The notes beneath the pieces are model-generated. The model did not search any database and was not told where the DNA came from. It worked only from the letters and a program-made list of their open reading frames with translations. From assembly GCA_964628055.1 (NCBI GenBank), contig CAZVNL010000004.1, positions 7,209 through 71,208 on the forward strand: DNA of 64,000 nucleotides. Direction: 5' to 3'. How positions within the stretch are numbered: position 1 is the stretch's first letter; the number at the start of each line of letters is the position of its first letter. Made by a program: the position numbers and the translations under genes. The stretch is from an uncultured bacterium. Its GTDB lineage: Bacteria; Fidelibacterota; Marinisomatia; Marinisomatales; TCS56. Shown here piece by piece: positions 26,849 through 38,818 of the stretch.

Positions 26849-27704
26849 ACGTTTAGGTCGTGGATTAGAAGCCCTAATTCGTCCGTTGGAATCGGTGGAG
26901 ACGGTTCCTGGGGCCGGGGTAGTACCTTTACCCCTTTCAGCCATCAAGGTTAATCCCCATCAACCCCGGAAGAGTGGTTTCGATGAGCGGAGCCTGGAGG
27001 AATTGGCCAATTCCATTCGGTCCAAGGGAGTGGTCACCCCCATCACCGTACGGCAGGAGGGGAGTGCTTACATTTTGATCGCCGGTGAACGCCGGTGGCG
27101 TGCCGCCCAACTGGCCGGGTTGAAAGAAATTCCCGCCTACATCATCGAGGTGACTAATGAAGCCGAGATGGTGGAAATGGCCCTCATCGAGAACCTCCAG
27201 CGGGAAAACCTGAATCCTTTGGAAGAAGCCGAGGCCTATGCTCTGTTGCAAAGCAAGTTCAATCTCTCACAGCAGGCGATTGCGAAAGCCGTGGGGAAAA
27301 ATAGGGTAACGGTGACCAATGCCCTGCGGTTATTAAAACTGCCTGCGGAGATAAAGCAGAGTTTGCGTGACGGCACTCTCTCCGCCGGACATGGCCGGGC
27401 CCTTTTGGCATTGAAAACCAAGTCGGCGATGTTAAAATTGTGGCGTCGTATTCTGCGTGAAGATTTGAGCGTCCGGGCCGTGGAAGCTCTTGCTAGGAAA
27501 AAAGCGGTTACCGCTTCTCCCTCCCCTGCCAAAAAGCATTCCTCGGTAACGCCTGCTGTTCGCCGCATAGAAGATGAGTTGGTGACCCTCTTAGGAACAA
27601 AAGTAAAATTGAAACCCCACGGGAAACAGGGAACCATCGTAATTAATTACTATTCAGCAGAGGATCTGGAGCGTATCCTGGACTTACTGCGTTCCCTCCA
27701 GTGA
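26838..27704 (+). CDS. parB: chromosome partitioning protein ParB/Spo0J
   Basis: LGRGLEALI, the ParB box GERRWRAAQLAGL and an HTH segment (SQQAIAKAVGKNRVTVTNALRLLKL). The GTG start overlaps the parA end. Confidence 0.95.
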   Translation: MATKRLGRGLEALIRPLESVETVPGAGVVPLPLSAIKVNPHQPRKSGFDERSLEELANSIRSKGVVTPITVRQEGSAYILIAGERRWRAAQLAGLKEIPAYIIEVTNEAEMVEMALIENLQRENLNPLEEAEAYALLQSKFNLSQQAIAKAVGKNRVTVTNALRLLKLPAEIKQSLRDGTLSAGHGRALLALKTKSAMLKLWRRILREDLSVRAVEALARKKAVTASPSPAKKHSSVTPAVRRIEDELVTLLGTKVKLKPHGKQGTIVINYYSAEDLERILDLLRSLQ

Positions 27705-27714
27705 ATCCATCGTC

Positions 27715-28518
27715 ATGAGAAAGATAAAGCCCAAACGGTACACCATCCTGTTCATCCCGGATACTGATGATGAGAGTAAAAGCTATTCCCTCTCCCGGCG
27801 GTGGCTGCGCCTGGCGGTGGGTGTAGTCCTGCTGGTGGTTCTTGCTTTGGGAGGCCTGAACTGGTATTTCATTCCCCGGGCTCTGGAATATGCTGACCTC
27901 AGCAACCGATACGACAAGCTCCTTGCTGAACGGGTTAAAATGGCCAGCCTCTATCGTGACCTTCAGCGGCTCCAACAAATGAACGAACTGGTACGCGCCC
28001 GTTTAGGGGCGGATTCACCCAACACAACTCTTGCCGGGGGGGACACTACGGCTGAGGACTCGTCCCGGGACCAGAAGGAATTTTACCTTTCTTTCGTGGA
28101 GAATATTCCCTCCGTGACGCCTTTGGATGGCATCGTCACCCAACGCTTGGTGGTTCATTCCCCGGTATGGCAGAAGAACCATTACGGGATCGATATTGCC
28201 TGTAAGGAAGGGGAAGCTGTGAAAGCCACCGCTGCCGGCACCGTCGTTTTTTCCGGCTGGACTTACGATTTAGGGAATTTGATCATTCTCTATCACGGTA
28301 ATGGCTATTTCAGTCATTATGGCCATAATCAATTAAATTTAGTGGAGCAACACCAGGTTATTCAACGAGGTCAAGTGATTGCCAATGCTGGGAATACGGG
28401 GATCTCCTCCGGTCCCCATCTGCATTTTGAAATTTGGAAAGATGGCCAAGTTTTGGACCCTTTTCTCTTTTTCCCGGAATATAAACAAAAGGATCTGAGT
28501 AGTAGCGACAATGAGTAA
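27715..28518 (+). CDS. membrane-anchored M23 family peptidase (LytM/Csd-like)
   Basis: An N-terminal TM helix and a coiled coil precede the M23 motifs HYGIDIA and GNTGISSGPHLHFEIW. Confidence 0.88.
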   Translation: MRKIKPKRYTILFIPDTDDESKSYSLSRRWLRLAVGVVLLVVLALGGLNWYFIPRALEYADLSNRYDKLLAERVKMASLYRDLQRLQQMNELVRARLGADSPNTTLAGGDTTAEDSSRDQKEFYLSFVENIPSVTPLDGIVTQRLVVHSPVWQKNHYGIDIACKEGEAVKATAAGTVVFSGWTYDLGNLIILYHGNGYFSHYGHNQLNLVEQHQVIQRGQVIANAGNTGISSGPHLHFEIWKDGQVLDPFLFFPEYKQKDLSSSDNE

Positions 28519-28900
28519 GTTCAAAAGACAGCATGCCCATACCGTTATCGGAGTTGATGCAGTCATCAAAGGGGATATCACTTTAAAAGGCGGGCTGGTG
28601 GTGTATGGCAAAATATTCGGGGATGTCTCTACCGATGGACCGATACGCATTGCCCGAAGCGGGGCCGTCTACGGCCATATTCGCGGCAGTGATATTCATA
28701 TTGGGGGTCACGTAGAAGGCAAGGTAACTGTGGTCAATCGGGCGGTGTTGGGGAGCGAGTCGGTATTGAAAGGAGATCTGGTCTATCAGCGTTTGTTAAT
28801 TCAGGAGGGGGCTCGTTTTGAAGGCCAATGTGATCTTTCCGAAGTGTATGCTACCGAAGAAGTACAGCCTCAGGAAGCGACAGGTTCGGAACCCATTTAG
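28511..28900 (+). CDS. bactofilin family cytoskeletal protein
   Basis: 129 aa with repetitive beta-helix pattern (VIKGDITLKGGLVVYGKIFGDVSTDGPIRIARSGAVYGHIRGSDIHIGGHVEGKV). It overlaps the M23 gene by 8 nt. Confidence 0.88.
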   Translation: MSKFKRQHAHTVIGVDAVIKGDITLKGGLVVYGKIFGDVSTDGPIRIARSGAVYGHIRGSDIHIGGHVEGKVTVVNRAVLGSESVLKGDLVYQRLLIQEGARFEGQCDLSEVYATEEVQPQEATGSEPI

Positions 28901-28904
28901 ATGG

Positions 28905-29159
28905 ATGCGATCGGCTATGGGTGAGGAATCTTTTTTTACGCGTTCTTTGTCCTATTTTCAAAAAGTTGTTCGTGCTTCGGGACCGGCTGCAGCGGCTTCG
29001 TATACGCTGATCGGCGCCATTATTTTTTTTGGTGCTATTGGACTTTTATTTGATAAGAAATTTGGCACCTCTCCGGTGCTACTACTTCTAGGGATTCTAT
29101 TGGGTTTGATTGTGGGGTTTTATGAATTAGCCAAATTGGTGTGGCGCCCACCAAAGTAA
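28905..29159 (+). CDS. AtpZ/AtpI-family small membrane protein (ATP synthase operon leader gene)
   Basis: ATG 28905 lies just after the bactofilin stop. Two TM helices are present (AASYTLIGAIIFFGAIGLLFDKKFGTSPVLLLLGILLGLIVGFY), typical of the ATPase_gene1 family. The longer ORF-track start at 28818 overlaps bactofilin and is rejected. Confidence 0.65.
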   Translation: MRSAMGEESFFTRSLSYFQKVVRASGPAAAASYTLIGAIIFFGAIGLLFDKKFGTSPVLLLLGILLGLIVGFYELAKLVWRPPK

Positions 29160-29164
29160 TCCCC

Positions 29165-29512
29165 ATGATCTTAATTTATTTATCGCTCTTCTGCCTGGGA
29201 AGCTGGGGGCTCCTGGCTATCTTTTTTCCAGCCTACATAACCGAAATATTTTTAGGTTTGCTTATTCCCTGGCTCATGGGCTTGTTTACCCTGGGGACGG
29301 TAGAAAGAATCTATGAGCGGCACCCGGAAAAACTAACCGCTTTTATGATGAAGGCCTTTTTCGGTAAGATGGTTATCGTGGCCTTGTATATAATCCTGTT
29401 GTTTAGTTTTTATACTTTTCATGCATTGCCGTTTGTTATTAGCTTTGCCGGCTATTTTATTACGCTCCATACTCTGGAGGCGTTTTACTTACGATCCACA
29501 TTCAACAAATAG
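29165..29512 (+). CDS. ATP synthase subunit I-like membrane protein
   Basis: ~115 aa with 4 predicted TM helices. It lies immediately upstream of atpB. The call rests on position and topology only. Confidence 0.5.
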   Translation: MILIYLSLFCLGSWGLLAIFFPAYITEIFLGLLIPWLMGLFTLGTVERIYERHPEKLTAFMMKAFFGKMVIVALYIILLFSFYTFHALPFVISFAGYFITLHTLEAFYLRSTFNK

Positions 29513-29533
29513 GTAGGATTCTTTTACCCTTAC

Positions 29534-30460
29534 ATGAGTGTCAGCCAGCACAGTCCTGAATCTGGCAGCGTGATGGACCAGGTGAGCGATACTATTATTG
29601 AACACATCGCCAATAGTCCTGGAGAACACCCCATCATTAAATTACCCACCGTCTGGGGAATCGATTTCTCCGTCACTAAACATGTGTTTATGCTCTGGTT
29701 TGTGGCGGCCCTGGTGGCCCTGATTGTGATTCCCCCCGTGCAGCGTTACTTAAAACGGGGTACCAGTGAGGCGCCCACCGGTTTTATGAATGCCCTGGAA
29801 ACAATCCTCCTCTACATTCGGGACTCCGTTGTGCGTCCCAACGTAGGGAGCCGGTTTTTAAATACGTGGTCCCCCTTGGTGCTTACTTTCTTTTTCTTTA
29901 TCATTTTTGCCAACGGGATTGGACTCCTACCCATTTTCGATCTCTTAGGTTTGCTGGATCGGTTTGTGCTCCATACTTCAGCAGATTCTTTGCTTAACCG
30001 CTTGCTCCACGGAGGGCCGACGGCGACGGGGAATTTCAACGTGACAGCCGGACTCGCCTCGATCACTTTCTTTGCCATCATCGTTGCGGGAGCCAAGGCC
30101 CACGGTTTTCTAAAGCATTGGAAAAACATGATTCACCCCGGCTTACCTGGGTTTGTTTATCTGATACTGATTCCCATCGAAATTATGAGCATGTTCGTTA
30201 AGCCGTTTGCCCTTACCATGCGACTGGCGGCGAATATGACCGGGGGACACATTGCCATGTTAGTGGTCCTTTCCTTCATGGCCATTTTTGCCGAAATCTT
30301 CAGTAGCTTGCTGGCCGGAATTGGGGTGGCTTTCATATCGGTGCCCATGGCGGCGGGTATCTCGGCCCTGGAAATAATTGTTGTGATTGTGCAAGCGTAT
30401 GTCTTTACGCTGCTAACGGCTGTGTTTATCGGCATGGCTATCAATGTTCATCATGAATAA
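29534..30460 (+). CDS. atpB: F0F1 ATP synthase subunit a
   Basis: 308 aa polytopic protein. The conserved Arg helix is LTMRLAANMTGGH. Confidence 0.93.
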   Translation: MSVSQHSPESGSVMDQVSDTIIEHIANSPGEHPIIKLPTVWGIDFSVTKHVFMLWFVAALVALIVIPPVQRYLKRGTSEAPTGFMNALETILLYIRDSVVRPNVGSRFLNTWSPLVLTFFFFIIFANGIGLLPIFDLLGLLDRFVLHTSADSLLNRLLHGGPTATGNFNVTAGLASITFFAIIVAGAKAHGFLKHWKNMIHPGLPGFVYLILIPIEIMSMFVKPFALTMRLAANMTGGHIAMLVVLSFMAIFAEIFSSLLAGIGVAFISVPMAAGISALEIIVVIVQAYVFTLLTAVFIGMAINVHHE

Positions 30461-30463
30461 TAA

Positions 30464-30703
<240 letters not shown>

Positions 30704-30742
30704 AACACCCCGGAATTCTCTTTAACAATATGGGTACACGTT

Positions 30743-31255
30743 ATGGATAATCCCCTGACAAAATTAGATCCAGGTCTTTACATCTGGACCGTCCTTACCT
30801 TTCTACTCCTATTGGGTGTACTGACGAAATACGCCTGGAAACCCCTCCTCAAGATGCTGGAGCAGCGTGAGAACCGGATTCGCGATTCGCTGCGAGCAGC
30901 CCAGGAAGCCCGCCAGGAGACCGAGCGTCTCCAGGCCGATTCCAAGGCCCTTCTGGCGCAAGCCCATGCCCAAGCCCAGGACATCCTGGCCCAGGGTAAA
31001 GTGGCTGCTCGTAAATTGAAGGATGAAACCCTTCAGGAGGCGAAAACTAAGACCCAAGCCCTAATCCGCGAGGCCGAGACCCGGATCGAAACGGAAAAAC
31101 AAAAAGCCCTCCTCGAAGTGCGTACGGAGGTGGTGGATCTTTCCCTGCAGATTGCTCGGAAGTTAATTCAGAAAAACCTTACCACTGAGGACAACCTTAC
31201 TTTGATCAAAGAATCCCTGCGGGACTTGAACACGCTCCATGAGGCTCGATCGTAA
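30743..31255 (+). CDS. atpF: F0F1 ATP synthase subunit b
   Basis: 170 aa with an N-terminal TM helix followed by a long charged helix. Operon position supports the call. Confidence 0.88.
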   Translation: MDNPLTKLDPGLYIWTVLTFLLLLGVLTKYAWKPLLKMLEQRENRIRDSLRAAQEARQETERLQADSKALLAQAHAQAQDILAQGKVAARKLKDETLQEAKTKTQALIREAETRIETEKQKALLEVRTEVVDLSLQIARKLIQKNLTTEDNLTLIKESLRDLNTLHEARS

Positions 31256-31778
31256 ATCCAAGAATTACGCCCAGACGCTGTTTGAGGTAGCTCGGGAGAT
31301 GCACTGCGTTCAGGAAGTCCGGGAAAGCCTTCAAGTCCTGGCGTATTTGTTGAAAGCTGATAAGCTGTTCTTAGCCTTTTTTCAGTCCAGGAAAATAACA
31401 GGAACCCAGAAGGCTGGCATTGTCCAGACCCTTTTAAAGTCCCGTTGCCACCCCGTGGCGGCTGAATTCTTCGGCCTCCTGGCCGATGTTAGAGAGTGGT
31501 CACGGTTCCGGGCAATAGCCTCCATATATGAGAACGTGGCGCGTATTCACCTAAACGAAGTTGAGGTGACCGTCTACTCAGCCATGAAGCTACAACCCCA
31601 TGAGCAGGATCATATTCGCCAGGCTTTGGAAAAAGCCTTGGGGCGGAATACCAGCATGCAAAATGTCGTTGATCCCTCCTTGATAGCCGGTTTGAAGCTG
31701 CGCATGGGAAATCTTTTCTTGGATAGCTCGATTCAAAATCGGATGAACCAATTGCATTCAGCCCTTTTACAATCTTAA
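31239..31778 (+). CDS. atpH: F0F1 ATP synthase subunit delta (OSCP)
   Basis: 179 aa. The N-terminus YAQTLFEVA and the C-terminus DPSLIAGLKLRMGNLFLDSS are OSCP hallmarks. Confidence 0.88.
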   Translation: MRLDRKSKNYAQTLFEVAREMHCVQEVRESLQVLAYLLKADKLFLAFFQSRKITGTQKAGIVQTLLKSRCHPVAAEFFGLLADVREWSRFRAIASIYENVARIHLNEVEVTVYSAMKLQPHEQDHIRQALEKALGRNTSMQNVVDPSLIAGLKLRMGNLFLDSSIQNRMNQLHSALLQS

Positions 31779-31793
31779 CCAATAAGCGGAACT

Positions 31794-33323
31794 ATGGATA
31801 TTAATACAACTGAGATTAGGAAACTCCTACAGGAACGGGTTGACCAGTTTGAGATGCACTTGGATGTTGCCGAAGTGGGCGAGGTCCTGGAAGTGGGAGA
31901 CGGAATCGCTCGTGTCAGTGGTTTGGAAAACGTCATGGCCAATGAACTGGTGGAGCTCCCCAATGGTATTTATGGCATGGCCCTCAATTTAGAAGAAGAT
32001 AATGTAGGGCTGGTATTATTCGGGGAGAGCTACCTAGTAAGTGAAGGTGACTTAGCCAAACGAACGGGAGCGGTGGTGGAGATCGGTGTTGGCAAGGAGG
32101 TCCTGGGACGGGTTCTCAGTCCTTTAGGTCAACCTTTGGACGGTAAAGGGCCCTTAAAGGTGACCGAAAAGCGCCGTATCGAGCGGAAAGCACTGGGTGT
32201 TTTGGCCCGGCAACCCGTTAAAGAGCCTTTACAAACGGGTATTAAGGCGATTGATGCCATGATTCCTATTGGTTGCGGTCAGCGTGAACTGATTTTAGGG
32301 GACCGCCAGACGGGTAAAACGGCCATTGCCATCGATACCATCCTGAAACAGAAGGACACGCAGGAGACCGAGGCGCCGGTATATTGTATTTACGTGGCCA
32401 TTGGTCAAAAGGCCTCCACCGTAGCTCGTGTCATTGCCGAGCTAAATGCCCACGAGGCCATGGATTACACGACCGTTATCGCCGCCAATGCTTCCGACCC
32501 GGCCCCCCTGCAATTCCTGGCTCCCTACGCCGGGTGCACGATTGGTGAATATTTCCGCGATAATGGCCAACACGCCCTCATTGTTTACGATGACCTCTCC
32601 AAGCATGCAGTAGCTTACCGGCAAGTTTCCCTGTTGTTGCGACGTCCACCGGGGCGCGAAGCCTACCCGGGGGATATTTTTAACCTTCACAGCCGGTTAT
32701 TAGAACGGGCCTCCAAGTTGAATGATGAGTTGGGTGGGGGATCTCTCACGGCGCTCCCCATTATCGAAACCCAGGAAGGAGACGTGTCAGCCTATATTCC
32801 CACGAATGTTATCTCCATTACCGATGGGCAGATTTTCCTGGAGTCCGACCTTTTTTATTCGGGTGTGCGGCCAGCCATCAACGTGGGGATCTCTGTTTCT
32901 CGGGTAGGGGGAAACGCCCAGATTAAAGCCATGAAACAGATAGCCGGTTCCCTGCGCCTGGACCTTGCCCAATTCCGGGAATTGGAAGCCTTTGCGAAGT
33001 TCGGTTCTGATCTGGACAAGGCCACCCAGCAACAGCTTACCCGGGGCTACCGTCTGGTGGAAATTTTAAATCAGGATCAGTACGAACCCTTACCCGTGGA
33101 AAAACAAATTGCCGTGCTCTATGCGGGGGTCAACGGCTACCTCGATGACCTCACCATTGAAAAAACACGCCTTTTTAGTAAGGAGTATCTGGCTTTTATG
33201 GAAACGAGTGCCAGTACCGTCTTAGCCGACATTGCCGCTAAAAAGGAACTCACCGACGACATCCAGGCAGCCCTAAAGAAAACCCTAACAGATTTCCTGT
33301 CGGGTTTCAAAGAGCGCCCTTGA
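31794..33323 (+). CDS. atpA: F0F1 ATP synthase subunit alpha
   Basis: 509 aa with the P-loop GDRQTGKT and conserved motifs throughout. Confidence 0.97.
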   Translation: MDINTTEIRKLLQERVDQFEMHLDVAEVGEVLEVGDGIARVSGLENVMANELVELPNGIYGMALNLEEDNVGLVLFGESYLVSEGDLAKRTGAVVEIGVGKEVLGRVLSPLGQPLDGKGPLKVTEKRRIERKALGVLARQPVKEPLQTGIKAIDAMIPIGCGQRELILGDRQTGKTAIAIDTILKQKDTQETEAPVYCIYVAIGQKASTVARVIAELNAHEAMDYTTVIAANASDPAPLQFLAPYAGCTIGEYFRDNGQHALIVYDDLSKHAVAYRQVSLLLRRPPGREAYPGDIFNLHSRLLERASKLNDELGGGSLTALPIIETQEGDVSAYIPTNVISITDGQIFLESDLFYSGVRPAINVGISVSRVGGNAQIKAMKQIAGSLRLDLAQFRELEAFAKFGSDLDKATQQQLTRGYRLVEILNQDQYEPLPVEKQIAVLYAGVNGYLDDLTIEKTRLFSKEYLAFMETSASTVLADIAAKKELTDDIQAALKKTLTDFLSGFKERP

Positions 33324-33381
33324 TTTGATATGTTAAACTTCAATAACAACCCCTAGTCCCCGAAGGCGCTTTTCCCTTGCC

Positions 33382-34254
33382 ATGGCCAGTTTAAAAACCA
33401 TTCGTCATCGGATCGGCTCGGTCAAAAATATTCAGAAAGTCACCCGGGCCATGAAGATGGTGGCTGCTGTCCGGTTACGCCGCGCCCAGTTGAACATGGA
33501 ACAGGCGCGACCGTACGCCCATCGCTTGCAGGAGGTGTTGCGGGATTTACTCCCCGCCATTGATCGTCGCCTACACCGCTTGCTAGAAGTGCGCGAGCCA
33601 GTTCACGTGGGGGTGGTGGTGATCACGGGGGATCGAGGGTTATGTGGAAGTTTCAATTCCAATATTCTCCGGTGCGCAACGGCGATCCTGCAAGACTATC
33701 AAGACAAAGAGATCAAGATCATTTGCGTGGGTCGTAAAGGGCGCGATTTTTTCCGCAAACAACCCTATCCTATCATTGGGGAATATACCCGCTTTTGGAA
33801 GGAGCTGAATTTTGGCCACGCCATTTCCATCGTGGACCAAATTACCGAATTGTATCTACGCCTCGATTTAGACAAGGTGATTTTGATCTACAACGAGTTT
33901 AAAAATGTCGTACGCCAGGAAGTCATCACCCAACCCTTTTTGCCTTTGGTTCTGGGGGAAGAGGATCGTGAGTTGGGGGCTGTAGATTACGGAGAGTTTT
34001 TATTTGAGCCCTCCCAAGAACTGATTGTGAACTCCCTGATACCGCGGCATTTGAATGTGCAGATGTGGCAGGCCCTGTTGGAGTCCAACGCAGCCGAGCA
34101 AGCCGCCCGAATGACGGCCATGGGAGCCGCCACGGATAATGCCTCTGATATGCTCACGAATCTTACGCGCGAATACAACAAAGCCCGCCAGGCGTCCATC
34201 ACCAAAGAATTGTTGGACATCGTAGGTGGGGCCGAAGCTTTACGGAATACTTAA
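33382..34254 (+). CDS. atpG: F0F1 ATP synthase subunit gamma
   Basis: 290 aa. The N-terminus is IRHRIGSVKNIQKVTRAMKMVAA and the C-terminus is ITKELLDIVGGAEAL. Confidence 0.95.
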   Translation: MASLKTIRHRIGSVKNIQKVTRAMKMVAAVRLRRAQLNMEQARPYAHRLQEVLRDLLPAIDRRLHRLLEVREPVHVGVVVITGDRGLCGSFNSNILRCATAILQDYQDKEIKIICVGRKGRDFFRKQPYPIIGEYTRFWKELNFGHAISIVDQITELYLRLDLDKVILIYNEFKNVVRQEVITQPFLPLVLGEEDRELGAVDYGEFLFEPSQELIVNSLIPRHLNVQMWQALLESNAAEQAARMTAMGAATDNASDMLTNLTREYNKARQASITKELLDIVGGAEALRNT

Positions 34255-35661
<1,407 letters not shown>

Positions 35662-35681
35662 AGGAAGCGCTTTTCTGGCCC

Positions 35682-36077
35682 ATGGCGACGTTCCACTTAG
35701 AAATCATAACTCCCACCCGGGTCTATGACGAGGGGCAGGTCTCCTACGTGCGTTGCCCTGGTTTAAACGGTTCCTTTGGGGTGTTGGCCCATCACACGCG
35801 ATCTATCTTTGCCCTGGAAGTGGGTGTGGTAAAGGTCGTCCGTGGTGAGCAAACCCGCTATTTTGCCACCAGCGGGGGATACGCCGAGGTGTTGGGAGAT
35901 AAAGTCCGCCTCTTGCTGGAAACGGCAGAATATGCCGGTGACATTGACATAGAACGGGCCAATAAGGCGGTCCAGCGGGCCAAGGAACGATTACAGCAAA
36001 AGGCGCATATTGACGCCGCGCGAGCTCGGGCATCCTTGCAAAAGGCCTTGAATCGTCTCCAGGTGGCAAGACTATAA
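35682..36077 (+). CDS. atpC: F0F1 ATP synthase subunit epsilon
   Basis: 131 aa with a beta-sandwich N-terminus and a helical hairpin C-terminus. It is the last gene of the operon. Confidence 0.9.
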   Translation: MATFHLEIITPTRVYDEGQVSYVRCPGLNGSFGVLAHHTRSIFALEVGVVKVVRGEQTRYFATSGGYAEVLGDKVRLLLETAEYAGDIDIERANKAVQRAKERLQQKAHIDAARARASLQKALNRLQVARL

Positions 36078-36101
36078 ATTCGTCATACCTACTTGATACC
36101 C

Positions 36102-36129
36102 GCCGCTCGTAATTTCCGAGCGGCTTTTT
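36102..36129 (+). terminator. rho-independent terminator of the atp operon
   Basis: Stem GCCGCTCG (36102-09) pairs with CGAGCGGC (36117-24), with a 7-nt loop, followed by TTTTT. Confidence 0.8.
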
Positions 36130-36146
36130 ATTTCAACAGGGACACC

Positions 36147-37907
36147 ATGTTTCAAAGAACACACACTTGCGGGGAACTTCGCCTCGAACATAATCAACAG
36201 ACCGTTGTACTAAATGGATGGGTTCATACAGTACGGCTTCACGGACAGGTTATTTTTATCGACCTCCGGGATCGCTATGGAAAGACGCAATTGGTCTTTA
36301 ATCCGGACGCATTCCAGGGCGATTTTCAATTAGTTAAAAAACTTTCTGTTGAGGATGTAATCAGCATTACGGGTATGGTCCGGGCGCGTGCCAGCGGGGC
36401 CCAAAACCCCCGCTTGGCCACGGGCGAAGTCGAGGTCCTGGTAAAGCACCTAAAAGTGTTGAATGAAGCAGCGCCCCTGCCTTTTCAAATTACTAAACGG
36501 GAAAGCGCTACCGAGGAATTCCGCCTCAAATACCGTTACCTGGAGCTCAGAACCGAGGAATTACAGCGTAACCTGGCCCTTCGCCATGCGACCTATCAAG
36601 CGGTTCGCCGGTACCTGTCTGAGCATGATTTTCTAGAAGTGGAAACACCCGTATTGATGAAATCGACTCCGGAAGGCGCCCGGGATTATCTGGTCCCCAG
36701 CCGGATTCATAAGGGGAGATTCTACGCCCTTCCTCAGTCGCCCCAAACCTATAAACAACTCCTCATGGTCGCAGGGCTGGATCGCTATTTTCAAATCGTG
36801 AAATGTTTTCGCGACGAGGATTTACGGGCTGACCGTCAACCGGAGTTTACCCAAATCGACCTGGAAATGTCCTTTGTAGCAGAGGACCAGGTACGCGAGA
36901 TAAGTGAAGGACTGACGCGCACGGTTTTTTCCTCGGTGGCCGGTGTGGAGCTGCCAGATCCCTTTCCCATAATGAATTACCTCGAAGCGCTAGAAACTTT
37001 CGGCACCGATCGCCCGGACTTAAGGTTTGATTTACCCTTGTTGGACGTGAAACCATTTGCTGGTAAGAGCACTTTCAACGCCTTCCAGTCTGTGGAGGCT
37101 GTCCGGGGCTTGCGGTTGCCGGGTGGCGCCAAGTATTCGCGAAAAAAGATAGACGAGTTGAATACCTTCGTTCAACATCATCACGCCAAAGGTTTGACCT
37201 TTGTGAAACAGGTGGGAGGTGTATTAACGGGTGGCGTAGCCAAGTTTTTCCCTACTGACTTACAACATAGTATGATTGAAAAATTTGATCTCAAGGAGGG
37301 GGATATTCTATTCATGGTAGGGGATACCTGGAAAATGGCGCTCCACGCCCTGGGGGCCCTGCGAACGGAATTGGCCCGCCGGGAAAATCTTGTTAATAAG
37401 GATCAGTTTCGTCCAGTGTGGGTGATGGGTTTTCCCATGTTTGAGTGGGATCCTACCGAACAACGTTACGTGGCCATGCACCATCCTTTTACGGCTCCCC
37501 AGCCAGAAGACCTTTCGCTGTTAACCTCGGAACCTAAGAAAGTCCGGTCCCGAGGGTACGATTTGATAATCAACGGTTACGAAATTGCGGGCGGTTCGAT
37601 TCGTATCCATGATCCTGACGTTCAGCAACAAGTTTTCCGCGTGTTGGGGATTGAAGCGGAGGAGGCCAAGGAGAAATTCGGTTTTCTCTTAGAGGCTTTC
37701 ACTTATGGTGCCCCACCCCATGGCGGGATTGCTTTCGGTTTTGATCGCTTGGTCATGTTGTTGGCCGGGGCGGAAAACATCCGGGAAGTCATTGCCTTTC
37801 CCAAAACAACCAGCGCCTTGAACCTCATGGACGGCTCCCCCGGTACCATCTCGGAAAGCCAACTTCGCGAATTGGGACTCGCGCTGATTCCCAGGCCAAA
37901 ATCGTGA
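36147..37907 (+). CDS. aspS: aspartate--tRNA ligase
   Basis: The start MFQRTHTCGELR at ATG 36147 lies downstream of the atp terminator. Class II motifs FRDEDLRADRQPEFTQID and GGIAFGFDRLVML are present. Confidence 0.95.
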   Translation: MFQRTHTCGELRLEHNQQTVVLNGWVHTVRLHGQVIFIDLRDRYGKTQLVFNPDAFQGDFQLVKKLSVEDVISITGMVRARASGAQNPRLATGEVEVLVKHLKVLNEAAPLPFQITKRESATEEFRLKYRYLELRTEELQRNLALRHATYQAVRRYLSEHDFLEVETPVLMKSTPEGARDYLVPSRIHKGRFYALPQSPQTYKQLLMVAGLDRYFQIVKCFRDEDLRADRQPEFTQIDLEMSFVAEDQVREISEGLTRTVFSSVAGVELPDPFPIMNYLEALETFGTDRPDLRFDLPLLDVKPFAGKSTFNAFQSVEAVRGLRLPGGAKYSRKKIDELNTFVQHHHAKGLTFVKQVGGVLTGGVAKFFPTDLQHSMIEKFDLKEGDILFMVGDTWKMALHALGALRTELARRENLVNKDQFRPVWVMGFPMFEWDPTEQRYVAMHHPFTAPQPEDLSLLTSEPKKVRSRGYDLIINGYEIAGGSIRIHDPDVQQQVFRVLGIEAEEAKEKFGFLLEAFTYGAPPHGGIAFGFDRLVMLLAGAENIREVIAFPKTTSALNLMDGSPGTISESQLRELGLALIPRPKS

Positions 37908-38752
37908 CCTTAACAAGCCAAGTCATTTGTGTGACCGGGGCCACCGATGGCATCGGGAAAGTAACGGCGTTGGAACTGGCTCGTCAAGACGCTACCATCG
38001 CCATTGTGGGGCGCAACCCCGAGAAAGGCAAACGGGTCGTGGAAGAAATCCAAAGCGCTACCGGGAACGAGGCCATACGGTTTCACTGCGCAGATCTCAG
38101 TTTAATGGCCCATATTCGGAAACTTACTGACGAACTGGAATCCACGTATGCTCGTTTAGACGTGTTAGTCAATAACGCCGGCGCTTTTTTTCATGGCTTC
38201 CAGCGAACATCTGAAGGGTTTGAACAAACTTTTGCTTTGAACCATCTCAATTATTTCCTGTTAACTAATCGTCTCCTGGAGTTGCTCAAGGCTTCGGGGA
38301 AGGGACGTATTGTCAACGTGTCTTCGGAAGCACACCGGGGAGCCATACTTGACCTGGAGAACCTTAACGGAGAGAAAAACTATTCTGGCTGGAAGGCCTA
38401 TCAGCAGTCCAAGTTGACCAATATTCTTTTCACTTACCATCTGCATCGCCGTTTAGCTTCCGGTACCGTAACAGTAAACTGTTTACATCCCGGGTTCGTG
38501 GCTACCAAGTTTGGCCACAATAACCGCGGTTTGGTGGGCCTGGCCCTGCGGTGGTCGCAGAAATTAGGGGCTATTTCGGTGGTGGAAGGAGCCAAGACCA
38601 GCATTTACCTGGCTTCTTCCGAAGAAGTTGCCGGAGTTAGTGGAAAATATTTTGATCGGTGTAAACCGCGAGAAAGCTCCCCCGAGTCGTATGACCAGAC
38701 CCTGCAAGAAAAGCTATGGGAAGTAAGTGAAAGTATGGTTGCTCGAGTTTAA
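37904..38752 (+). CDS. SDR family oxidoreductase (retinol dehydrogenase-like)
   Basis: Motifs VTGATDGIGK, NNAG and YQQSK are present. The GTG start overlaps the aspS stop. Confidence 0.88.
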   Translation: MTLTSQVICVTGATDGIGKVTALELARQDATIAIVGRNPEKGKRVVEEIQSATGNEAIRFHCADLSLMAHIRKLTDELESTYARLDVLVNNAGAFFHGFQRTSEGFEQTFALNHLNYFLLTNRLLELLKASGKGRIVNVSSEAHRGAILDLENLNGEKNYSGWKAYQQSKLTNILFTYHLHRRLASGTVTVNCLHPGFVATKFGHNNRGLVGLALRWSQKLGAISVVEGAKTSIYLASSEEVAGVSGKYFDRCKPRESSPESYDQTLQEKLWEVSESMVARV

Positions 38753-38818
38753 GGGGGTTTATTTGTAGTCCGTGTCTTTTGTAGCCGAGGTTGTCCAGTC
38801 AAGATTGAAGGGGGATTT

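Noticed and set aside
26081-28000. Search for parS sites (TGTTNCACGTGAAACA)
   Set aside because: Only short CACGTG-core palindromes occur elsewhere (for example 58086-58093 TCACGTGA and 62744-62751 CCACGTGG), and their flanks do not match. None lies near parB.
36093-36146. Upstream extension of aspS from the ORF-track start at 36093
   Set aside because: The extension spans the atp operon terminator hairpin (36102-36129). ATG 36147 gives the canonical AspRS N-terminus.
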